A DNA stretch of 64,000 nt, taken from IMG/VR virus record IMGVR_UViG_3300047409_000475; one strand, 5' to 3'. This DNA comes from an uncultured virus (IMG/VR IMGVR_UViG_3300047409_000475). Taxonomy: Duplodnaviria > Heunggongvirae > Uroviricota > Caudoviricetes. The position numbers and the translations under genes are program-made. Each line of letters opens with the position of its first letter. The stretch's first letter is position 1. This document shows, piece by piece, positions 27,401 through 35,124 of the stretch. The notes beneath the pieces are model-generated. The model made no database searches. It was not told the DNA's origin and worked only from the letters and a program-made list of their open reading frames with translations.

Positions 27401-28810
27401 CGCGGCGACAACTCTCCGCACACCTCCGCATGGACGCGCCGCATCGCGGTGCCCGAGGAGGAGCAAGCGAAGCTCAACCAAGAGAACGAGCGGCTGGCGA
27501 GCGAGAACGAGAGCCTGCGGGCGCAGCTTGCCGAGCTCCGCAGGCGGCACGGTGATGCCGCGCGTGGGCGCTCGATACTCGGCGGCACAGACCCGCCCGA
27601 CAAGCCCGGCAAGATGACCTTCGCCGACTGGGATCAGTCGGTGGACATGCTGCACGCGCTCGACGCCGAAGACCCCTACATCACGCGCGGCATCGAGTAT
27701 GCGGCGGGTCAGCGGCTTGACCCGCTCAGCGGCCACGTCGATTACGAGGCTGGCGAGAGCTACAGCATCGATTACAGCCCCGACCAGCCGCGTGGGCAGC
27801 CAGACAACGCTGGCCAGTGGGGTCCGGGCGGTGGTGGATCGTCTGCCAAGTCGAAGCGCAGCGAGCCGTCGCAGAGCGCCAAGAGCAGCTACCGCGAGGT
27901 GCTGCAGACGCGCAAGAAGATCGGCAAGACACCGGGCGAGCGCGAGCACACCTACCAGAGCCTGCTGGAGAGCGGCGAGGGCAAGCACCCCGGCCACGGC
28001 TACTCGGGGCGCGCCGTCGAGGACGAGGACGGCATCATCCACACCGACGACGTGACGGATGTCGTGCGCGCGCTCTACGAGGGCCGCAAGGTCAACCTCT
28101 GCTCCGAGGACAAGGTCGCCATCGCCATCGACAAGGTGGGCAAGGTGGCCAGCCGCATGGCCAAGTCGAAGGGTGAGGGCAAGGACCGCACCTTCGATCT
28201 GTGCAACGTCACGGTCGAGGGCACCAACTTGTTCTGCGCCGAGAGCAAGGGCATCCCGCGTGTGAAGATGCCGCAGTTGAAGGGTGTGCCGAAGCCCAAC
28301 AGCCCCGCTTCGAAGCTGCCCGCCAACAAGAAGGGCGAGGTCGATCTCACGCAGGCGTTCCGCGATCACCTCGAAGAGATCGGCCTGACCATCGACGACA
28401 CCGACGTGCGTGCCGACCACCTGAAGGCCAGCCAGAACGAACTGAACGGTGCAAAGATCGCCGGTATGGCGAGCGCGATCCGCGCGGGCAAGATCGGTGA
28501 GGAGCGCATCTTCGTCAGCGACGACAACTACATCGTGGACGGTCACCACCGCTGGGCCGCCAACGTCGCGGTGGACTACGACGACAACAAGTCCGGCGAC
28601 ATCAAGATGCCGGTGGCGCGCATCAACGCCTCGATCCTTGAGCTCTTGGAGATCAGCAACACCTTCGCACGCGAGATGGGCATCCCGCAGGCGGGCGTCG
28701 GCGCAATGGTGCCGAAGGAAGAGCAGAAGCAGACAACCAAGAAGGATGCGGTGACGCACGGCTCCCACCGCCCTTTCGCTTCAACCCTTACACCGGCATC
28801 CGACTGGTAG
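24464..28810 (+). CDS. DUF1073-type portal fused to TrxB-like and ParB-like domains
   Basis: Portal motifs (YRANWIARKLIDIPAQD, RLYGG, IHPSRVI, GQSPAGL..TGESD, WNPLWQ) in aa ~1-440; GGGPAG, IATG, VFVPGD; IVDGHHRWAA. Confidence 0.9.
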   Translation: MGAPFDVAAIKDSLINLMAGFGVPGRDKAASGASFWQFTPLSQYELESAYRANWIARKLIDIPAQDATRAWRAWQADTNVVELLEEEETRLDVQVVLKNALIMSRLYGGAAILLGVKGASNNTPLDYESVEKGGLEFIAAVSRWALGTGPLVKDPMDPMYGKPEYFTRNMDIGQNQTAAEFQIHPSRVIMLKGMNMPDPVMQGEIWGDSVLQNVQDAVQSATLVTQSIATLVTESKFDIIKIPDLSQNIATAEYQNRLTARFVYANSVKSVINTLLLDKEEEWERINANFTQLPDVLQMYLLIASGAADIPATRMLGQSPAGLQSTGESDVRNYYDRINSDQTNVLSPALAALDDVLIRSALGDRDPSLYYIWNPLWQMPATEKAAVAKQKAEAFNVDIMAGAVDAEALRIGRQNQLIEDGTYPGLEQALEQQDQLDMESMLSPEEQDAQAQAEMEKQAALAGPGQPGQPGQPGQPNGGGNPFQRGKAPQKKGNPFQKKDSRPLAVGRRLKKARSTPIFKRRAEWLASVARDYNECHDPDTGLFCGEGGTSYSGPSSGSSDPYQSEGATGFGAEIMSAAHGRLHGGEHGVFRAEDQGMADKLERDMGRVLGELDRYKEKPDSTRIKNLMVEHRDLMKQIRRLRLDPGGLQGFGKPGGHRDVVIIGGGPAGLNALVNAAYEGMDATLLEGGSDIGGQSRTSGGIKNVAGTKYGTRGKAYFERLANLATANGGEIRTQSKVRNLTYDPTTGLKTIHLDNGETITARNVVIATGVQFKVINFKGSEGTGVHFGGHNDLLNEAKAAGRAQNRPGHVVIVGGSNGAAQAAISASNAGLKVTILSRSPIGGETGKMSADPLKVIRAKQRTNINVVEGDEIAELQRDADGKPVAIITKGGKRLPADSVGLYLGQAPDTSWLPDSIERDEKGYIKADVDLRSTMPGVFVPGDARSDPPGRVQRSGAEGQTSVVGVFKYQTQQALAYARGDNSPHTSAWTRRIAVPEEEQAKLNQENERLASENESLRAQLAELRRRHGDAARGRSILGGTDPPDKPGKMTFADWDQSVDMLHALDAEDPYITRGIEYAAGQRLDPLSGHVDYEAGESYSIDYSPDQPRGQPDNAGQWGPGGGGSSAKSKRSEPSQSAKSSYREVLQTRKKIGKTPGEREHTYQSLLESGEGKHPGHGYSGRAVEDEDGIIHTDDVTDVVRALYEGRKVNLCSEDKVAIAIDKVGKVASRMAKSKGEGKDRTFDLCNVTVEGTNLFCAESKGIPRVKMPQLKGVPKPNSPASKLPANKKGEVDLTQAFRDHLEEIGLTIDDTDVRADHLKASQNELNGAKIAGMASAIRAGKIGEERIFVSDDNYIVDGHHRWAANVAVDYDDNKSGDIKMPVARINASILELLEISNTFAREMGIPQAGVGAMVPKEEQKQTTKKDAVTHGSHRPFASTLTPASDW

Positions 28811-31800
28811 GAGACGAGTGGAACGAGGCCGACCACCCGCGCGGTCAACCCAACAACGCCGGGCAGTTCGGGCCCGGTGGCGGCGGCTCCAGCAGTAAAT
28901 CCGGTAAATCCGGTAAATCCGGCGGCAGCACCGGATTTGTCTCCCCGAATATCCACGACCTGCAGATCGAGCAGGCGGCCAACGCCATCACCTCATCAGC
29001 CCGTCAGAAGCTGCTCAACGAGGCCAGCCGTGAAATAAATTCGGCGCTTGGGCTGAAGGTCAACCAAGCGCCGGTCGTGGGCGCGTGGTCAGATGGTGCC
29101 GAGAACAGCATCATGCTCTCGTGGTCCGGCGAGAACCCCGCCGTCGAGCGCGCCGCCTTGGCCATGGAAGGCTACATCGCCGACCAGAAATCGGTGCTCT
29201 ACTTCCAGCCCGACACGCAGGCCGAGGAGTTCATCGCACGCTTCACCGCCGAGGGCGATGTCGTTGCCGTGCATGAAGATTTGTTAAAGCGCGGCCTTGC
29301 CTTCCACACCTTGCGCCCCACATCCGAGGGCACCGTGGTGTATGTCTACGGTCAGGACCAAGAGACACTCGACAAGGTAGGCGATGCGGCCAAGGCGCAC
29401 AACGCCGAGATGTCGTGGACGCCGGGCAAGGGAGAGTTCATTGGCACAAAGCTCGAAAACGGAGAAGCCACCGACCGAGAGCAAAGGGACGACGCCCGGC
29501 GCGTCTACGAAGACGAAATTAGTCGGGCCGCCGGGGGCGAAGTTGGACATGTCTGGGAGGACATACGGGATCGTTGGACCCGCCGACTTCAACAATCCCA
29601 AGATCAAGAAGTAGGCGACTTCAACCCCAACCACGATCCCGATACCGGCGAGTTCAGCAGCGGCGAAGGCGGCGGTGGTGGCGGCGACTTCACGGTCGCC
29701 TCGCCCGCGCAGCGCGTTCAATACAAGGCCAACCGCGCGGGCAAGATCGCCGAGTATGACCCGCGCTTTTTCACGCACCGGCCGCTGGTGCTGGAGTATG
29801 AGGGCAAGCCGCTGGACATGGGGCGCGACGAGCTCGTGCGAACCGCTCCCTACAATGCCGACCTGTCCAACGTGCCCACCTCGCCCGACATCATCTACCG
29901 TGGCATGTCGGCGGGCGAGTTCGACGCCATCCAGAAGACCGGCGAGATACGCGGCAGCGGCGAATACAATATCGGTGAGCAGCAGCGGGGCCTGACCTAC
30001 TACGGCGCAGACCCGCAGATCGCGCAGTCCTACGCCAGCAGCTTCGCGCCGCGCAAATACAAGCCAAGCTGGGATCGACCGGCCTACGTGGTCGCCATCC
30101 GCCGCCCGCCCCCGGAGCTCATCCGGCAAGTGTCGGGTGTCGGTGAGAACGAGGTGGGCGTGGTTGGTGCCGTGCCTGCCGACGACATCGTGGCGGTCTA
30201 CCGTGGCGACGTCATTGCCTACGTGCCCGAGGAGCACTACGCGGGCGGCAGCACCTCAGCCATGGTCACGCTGAACTGGAGCCAGCAGGCTCTGCCACCG
30301 CGCAAGGGCGGCGACGGTTGGAACCGCGCCACGGGCACGCGGCTGGAGAGCGAGTATGATGCCTCGCGCGCGGCTGTCGCCGCCACCGTGCACGACCTTG
30401 GCGTGGCGGAACCGGAGCAACTCGACCCGCTGTCGCAGCGCTCCAACAACGACAGCAGCACGCACCAGTTCGCCACGGCGCTGGTCGAGAAGCACGCCGC
30501 CAAGGTCATGTCGGAGCGGCTCGCACGCCCGATAGACCCGGCCGCAGTGCACGCCATGGGCAGCCGCCTGTGGAGTGACTGGCTCGACAGCACCGCACTC
30601 ACCAAGGGTGGGAAGCTGTTGCAGCTTGCCGCCGCCGAGGAATTGGGCGGCCGGTTCGATGAGCGGCGGATGATCGGATCGAAGCTGCAGGAATTGGTCG
30701 AGGCCGCCGACAAGGAGTTTGCCGATGTCGGCGGCTACGCGGGCGTCAAGGCCTACGTGCGCGGCATGTGGGAGACGACGCAATACCTGCTGGAGCGATC
30801 CGGCATGAACGATGTCGGCGTCTACCGCTCGATCTGGCAGCGGCCGGAGGAGCGTGGTCGCTCGGAGGAGTTTGCACACGGGGCACAGCGCTGGACGCGG
30901 CTGCCCGATACGCTGATCCGGCGCAACGGCATGGCATCGTTCTCGGCGGCGTCGAGCATGGCATCTTCGTGGGGGCAGGGCGACCGCACCGTGATCCGCG
31001 CCAAGGTGCCGCGCACCGCCATCGTGTCGATCCCCGCCTACGGCGGCAACGACACCGACGAGATGGAGCTCACCGTGGCGGGGACGGCGTGGCATGGCTG
31101 GGACGCGTGGCTGCGCTCGGCACCCGACTTCAACACTGTGCCGCTGGTCGAGCCGCCCGACAAGATCAAGGACGAGGCAGCGCCGCCTGCGGCATCGACA
31201 CTGCCTTCCGCCTCAGCCGGGGCACCGGCCGAGAACCAGTCGCTGCAGCCGGTCAACGATCCGAAATATCGCGCCATCGATCTGCAGCGCCTCGACACCG
31301 ACTGGCTGCGGCCCGCTGGCCGCGCCCGCGCCCGCCTCGCGCGCGACGATGTCTCAGGCTCCTTCGCCAGCAAGCAGGGCTCTTGGCTGATGGACCCGGA
31401 GACGGGCGAGCTCATCGGCTCCTCCAGCGAGGAGGGCGGTGGCGGCGGTGAGAGCGCAGCGCCAGCGCGTGCAGCTACACTGCCGAAGGCGGCGAAGACC
31501 AAGGCAGCGAAGGCCACGACCAGTCCGGCGGCGTCACCTCCGAAGAAGATCGAAGGCGTCAAGGCCGACAGCCACCCGGCCAAGATCAGCCCGAGCTACA
31601 CCAAGACCAACAAGCGCACGGTGAACAGCGAGGACACCTACGTCCCGACCGGCCTCGCCACCATGGCCAAGCACGAGCACAGCTACAGCCACAACATCGC
31701 CTTGCACGCCAACGCCGCCCATTATCCGGGCCTGCGCGCCGAGGATACCGAAGGCACCAACGCCGTGGTGGCGCGCAACATCGTTGACCGCATGAAGAGC

Positions 31801-32934
31801 AATCTGCGCTACCTGTGGACCAAGGCCACCGCTGCGCAGAAGACGGCGGCCAACTGGTATCGCGGCGCGAACAGCAGGATACGTGCCAAGGCCACGCAGT
31901 ATAAACTCGACAGCGCCAGCGTGGCGGGCGTCTATGCGGCGCTCAGCCCGACCAAGGACTGGGAAGAGAACATCTACCTCGCCGACCGTGTGCTCGACAT
32001 CTACCACACCAAGCAGCATTTCGAGTGGACGCAGGAGATGTCGGACACCGCTGAGCGCATCTGGCTGAAGGAGAGCAGCGAGAAGGACAGCCCCGAGAGG
32101 CAGGCCAGCATCGTCGCCAGTAACGCGGTGAAGACGGCGCAATGGCAGCGCCTGCGTGCGGCCAAGACGTTGTCGGCGCTGACCAGCCACCGCGACATGG
32201 CGATGTGGATACGCACCTACGACGAGACTTACGGCGACCCGGAGCAGGAGATCGTCTCGGGTGTGCTGCACGGGCGCGGTTACCGTGAGTTCCTGCCCGA
32301 CGGCACGCTCGGCGGCTTCCGCATGACCCAGCCGCAAAGCGGCAATCCCGAGAAGGCACTGGTGACGTGGCAGTCGATGACCATGACCGCCAACGCCATC
32401 GAAGCGATGCTGTCGGGTGGTGACCGCCACATCATCTCCGCTGCCGTGGGTGAGCGGCACAAGGTCAGGAATTTCTACAACAACCTCGTCGATCCCGATG
32501 GCACCGACGGCGACGTGACCATCGACAGCCACGCAGTGGGCGGCGCGTGGATGATGCCGACATCCGGCGTCGAGGTGGCCAAGGGGCACGCACTCGCCAC
32601 CTCGCCCGGTGAGGGTGCGCAGAACGCCAAGAACGGACCATCGGAAGGCATCTGGGGCACCTACGGCTTCTACGCCGACGCCTACCGTGAACTGGCCGGG
32701 GAGCTCCACATGCTGCCCGACGAACTGCAGGCGGTGCTGTGGGTGGTGAAGCGCGACGCCTTTGTTGACATGGCCAAGCAAGCACAGGTCGATATCCGCT
32801 CCATGTGGCAAAGCTTCCACAACGGTGACCGTTCGCTCGCGGAGACACACGACGCGGTGTGGCGTATCGTCGAGGAGGATCAGCAGCGCAAGCGTGACGC
32901 CGCTGCTGCCCGCTCACAGAGGACTGCAGAATGA
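28777..32934 (+). CDS. Continuation of the portal polyprotein in the -1 frame: unknown domain, two ART-like domains, HhH-glycosylase-like domain
   Basis: Frame open from 28642 with no ATG/GTG/TTG before 29077, yet it encodes a tag at 28813 that nearly matches the tag at 27770. Confidence 0.8.
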   Translation, partial: RFNPYTGIRLVGDEWNEADHPRGQPNNAGQFGPGGGGSSSKSGKSGKSGGSTGFVSPNIHDLQIEQAANAITSSARQKLLNEASREINSALGLKVNQAPVVGAWSDGAENSIMLSWSGENPAVERAALAMEGYIADQKSVLYFQPDTQAEEFIARFTAEGDVVAVHEDLLKRGLAFHTLRPTSEGTVVYVYGQDQETLDKVGDAAKAHNAEMSWTPGKGEFIGTKLENGEATDREQRDDARRVYEDEISRAAGGEVGHVWEDIRDRWTRRLQQSQDQEVGDFNPNHDPDTGEFSSGEGGGGGGDFTVASPAQRVQYKANRAGKIAEYDPRFFTHRPLVLEYEGKPLDMGRDELVRTAPYNADLSNVPTSPDIIYRGMSAGEFDAIQKTGEIRGSGEYNIGEQQRGLTYYGADPQIAQSYASSFAPRKYKPSWDRPAYVVAIRRPPPELIRQVSGVGENEVGVVGAVPADDIVAVYRGDVIAYVPEEHYAGGSTSAMVTLNWSQQALPPRKGGDGWNRATGTRLESEYDASRAAVAATVHDLGVAEPEQLDPLSQRSNNDSSTHQFATALVEKHAAKVMSERLARPIDPAAVHAMGSRLWSDWLDSTALTKGGKLLQLAAAEELGGRFDERRMIGSKLQELVEAADKEFADVGGYAGVKAYVRGMWETTQYLLERSGMNDVGVYRSIWQRPEERGRSEEFAHGAQRWTRLPDTLIRRNGMASFSAASSMASSWGQGDRTVIRAKVPRTAIVSIPAYGGNDTDEMELTVAGTAWHGWDAWLRSAPDFNTVPLVEPPDKIKDEAAPPAASTLPSASAGAPAENQSLQPVNDPKYRAIDLQRLDTDWLRPAGRARARLARDDVSGSFASKQGSWLMDPETGELIGSSSEEGGGGGESAAPARAATLPKAAKTKAAKATTSPAASPPKKIEGVKADSHPAKISPSYTKTNKRTVNSEDTYVPTGLATMAKHEHSYSHNIALHANAAHYPGLRAEDTEGTNAVVARNIVDRMKSNLRYLWTKATAAQKTAANWYRGANSRIRAKATQYKLDSASVAGVYAALSPTKDWEENIYLADRVLDIYHTKQHFEWTQEMSDTAERIWLKESSEKDSPERQASIVASNAVKTAQWQRLRAAKTLSALTSHRDMAMWIRTYDETYGDPEQEIVSGVLHGRGYREFLPDGTLGGFRMTQPQSGNPEKALVTWQSMTMTANAIEAMLSGGDRHIISAAVGERHKVRNFYNNLVDPDGTDGDVTIDSHAVGGAWMMPTSGVEVAKGHALATSPGEGAQNAKNGPSEGIWGTYGFYADAYRELAGELHMLPDELQAVLWVVKRDAFVDMAKQAQVDIRSMWQSFHNGDRSLAETHDAVWRIVEEDQQRKRDAAAARSQRTAE

Positions 32935-33143
32935 CACCGGGACTAAAGGGCGTGCTGGAAGACATGCGCGCAGCGGGCTTGGCGATCACCCGCGAGAACT
33001 TCATCCTCTATAACTGGGCGGGCATCCCGGTCGAGTGGGACGACGAGCACGAGGCCGAATTGCCCGAGGATTTGCAGGACTGGTCGCTGTTCAAAAATCG
33101 TGGCGGCAGTCGCGTCTATGTCGGCCCACCCATCGAGACGTAG
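32931..33143 (+). CDS. Small acidic protein coupled to the polyprotein
   Basis: ATGA overlap; TRENF...WDDEHEAELPEDLQ. Confidence 0.75.
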   Translation: MTPGLKGVLEDMRAAGLAITRENFILYNWAGIPVEWDDEHEAELPEDLQDWSLFKNRGGSRVYVGPPIET

Positions 33144-33147
33144 CAAA

Positions 33148-33223
33148 CGCCGACGCGGCATGTGTCGGCGGGGGACCGCCTGCCGTGCCTAACCCCCACT
33201 CCGGGCGGTCCCCACCCACTTTT
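33148..33223 (+). terminator. Double hairpin (terminator or leader)
   Basis: CGCCGAC/GTCGGCG and GGGGACCGCC/GGCGGTCCCC stems, short T run. Confidence 0.5.
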
Positions 33224-33243
33224 GCAACGAAAGGATTGAACTA

Positions 33244-33705
33244 ATGCCAACGACCATCCCGTTCGAAGACGACATCTTGAAGCTCATCTTCCAAGCCGTC
33301 GCCATCCAAGGCATCGCCATCAACCACACGACCACGCCGCTCGCGTCCTACTACGTGTCGCTGTGCAAGGCGGACCCGATCCTGCCGACCAATCAGGTGC
33401 AGGACCAGTTGACCAGCGAGGTCTTCTACACCGGCTACGCGCGCGTGCTGGTGCCGCGCAATCCGCTCGGCTGGAAGGTGGGCGGCGGCGTGGTGACAGC
33501 GGTCAACGTCATCGCCTTCGCCATCCCCACCGACATCGTGCAACCGTTCTACGCCACGCACTTCGCCATCGGGGGAGCGGCCAGCGGAGCGGGCAAGCTT
33601 ATTGCGTCGGGCAAGCTGGTGCCGCCGATCCAGATCGCCAACGGCGTCGAGCCGCGCATCGACAACAAGTCGCCCGCCGCGCGCATGCCCGACGACTGGG
33701 TTTGA
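33244..33705 (+). CDS. Virion-associated beta protein
   Basis: YVSL..ADP, EV.YTGYARV, THFAIG pattern. Confidence 0.6.
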   Translation: MPTTIPFEDDILKLIFQAVAIQGIAINHTTTPLASYYVSLCKADPILPTNQVQDQLTSEVFYTGYARVLVPRNPLGWKVGGGVVTAVNVIAFAIPTDIVQPFYATHFAIGGAASGAGKLIASGKLVPPIQIANGVEPRIDNKSPAARMPDDWV

Positions 33706-33706
33706 G

Positions 33707-34651
33707 TTGTTCCCTGCGTCGGCACCACATGCGCGTCCGCGCCGCATCCTCAGCGATGCGGCGAAGAAGCGTGACCCGACGCAGTCGAACGACATCCGGC
33801 GGCGCATCTCCACCAATCTGCGGCAAGGGCTTGCTGCATGGCGCAGCCAGATATACGCGGCCGTCGTCGAGGCTGACCAGTTCGGCTACGTCTACGGCGA
33901 CGTGGACCGTGGCGACGCCGAGGCGCTGATCGAACGCCTCGACACCCTGTTGCACCGGGGAGCCGAGTTCGCCTTCACCCCTGCCGCCGACCAGATGGAC
34001 GTGATGCTGGGCACCGCCTACGCGCGCGGCGTGCGCAAGGCGGGGCAGGAGGTGCAGCCCGTGATGCCGCTCACCAGCAGCACCTTCGAACTGGCGCAGC
34101 GGGCGCGTGACGACCTTGAGAACATGCTGGAGGACCGCATCGCAGAGTGCTTGCGCGTCCTGCGCGAGGACGAGGATACGGCTGCCGCCGCCACCTCTTC
34201 GCGCTACCTGCTCTACACCGCGCTGCTGTTGCCGACCGTGATCCGGCCGCTGGTCAGCCGCCTCAACGCGCTTTCGACTACCAACGTTACTCGGGCATAC
34301 AACACCGGCAAGCTTGATGCCTACGAGGTGCTCGGCATCGACGAGGTGGGCGTGCAGGCCGAGAGCCAGCCTTCGTCCGGCAAGCAACTCTCCGAGTTGC
34401 TCGCTGAGCATGTGCGTGAGCAAGCGGCCGAGCAGTTGCTACACGAGCATCTTCCGAGCGAGGAGTTTTCCGAGCCGGTGCTGCCAGAGGGACAGCGCTT
34501 CCCAGAGTTCTATACGGTCGAGACGGTAGGGGATGACAGGGTGTGCGACATATGCGAGGGTTACGAGGGCAACACCTATACGCTGGCAGAAGCGCGGGAG
34601 TTGATCCCTGCACATCCTAACTGCAGATGCAGCATCGTTCCGGTGGCGTGA
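33707..34651 (+). CDS. MuF/SPP1 gp7-like minor head protein (start uncertain)
   Basis: TVGDDRVCDIC...IPAHPNCRC. Confidence 0.8.
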   Translation: MFPASAPHARPRRILSDAAKKRDPTQSNDIRRRISTNLRQGLAAWRSQIYAAVVEADQFGYVYGDVDRGDAEALIERLDTLLHRGAEFAFTPAADQMDVMLGTAYARGVRKAGQEVQPVMPLTSSTFELAQRARDDLENMLEDRIAECLRVLREDEDTAAAATSSRYLLYTALLLPTVIRPLVSRLNALSTTNVTRAYNTGKLDAYEVLGIDEVGVQAESQPSSGKQLSELLAEHVREQAAEQLLHEHLPSEEFSEPVLPEGQRFPEFYTVETVGDDRVCDICEGYEGNTYTLAEARELIPAHPNCRCSIVPVA

Positions 34652-34660
34652 GCGGTAGCT

Positions 34661-34936
34661 ATGGTGAACTGTCCAACCCAGTGGATCACCGACGACGACA
34701 AGGCGCAATACGCGCTGATGCGCGTCGCCGAGAGCCTCGACGAGATGTTCAACGGCGTTGAGGAGCGGGACACCCGCCCGCCGCAGACCGGCTTCATGTT
34801 GCTGGTCGCCTACCCCATCGCCAACGAAGACCGCTGCAGCCTCGTCACCAACATGGACCAGCGCGACCTGTTGTCGATGCTGAAGCTGCAGGTAGCACGC
34901 CTCGAAGGCCAGTCGTTCACGCCCGGCCACGCTTGA
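34661..34936 (+). CDS. Hypothetical protein
   Basis: GFMLLV...TNMDQRDLLSMLK. Confidence 0.7.
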   Translation: MVNCPTQWITDDDKAQYALMRVAESLDEMFNGVEERDTRPPQTGFMLLVAYPIANEDRCSLVTNMDQRDLLSMLKLQVARLEGQSFTPGHA

Positions 34937-35124
34937 GCAAACGATGGGTGTGGGGCCTGTTTGAGGTCGCCACTGCACTACTGTTCATCGCTGCGATTGT
35001 CTTCGTGACCGTCATGGTCACGATCTCTTTCTCCAACTGAACTGCTCGACATCATTGGGGTGAAGTGCCGTTCCGCGCGGGACGGCGAAGCCATGCCTAC
35101 CCACCAACAAGGAGGGCCCGCTTG

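Noticed and set aside
27092..28768. Long minus-strand ORFs (also 20332-21390, 31534-32850, 44692-45966, 62605-63669)
   Set aside because: Antisense shadows of GC-rich + strand genes with no recognisable motifs
28808..28900. TAG read-through, or reinitiation at AGGAG-GTG (28818)
   Set aside because: Both give frames that lack the conserved tag; the GTG frame stops after ~26 codons
28894..28925. GTAAATCCG tandem repeat as a regulatory site
   Set aside because: Explained as a (KSG)3 linker in the polyprotein frame
29077..32934. GTG 29077 as the true start of an independent gene
   Set aside because: No SD, and it would omit the in-frame tag at 28813
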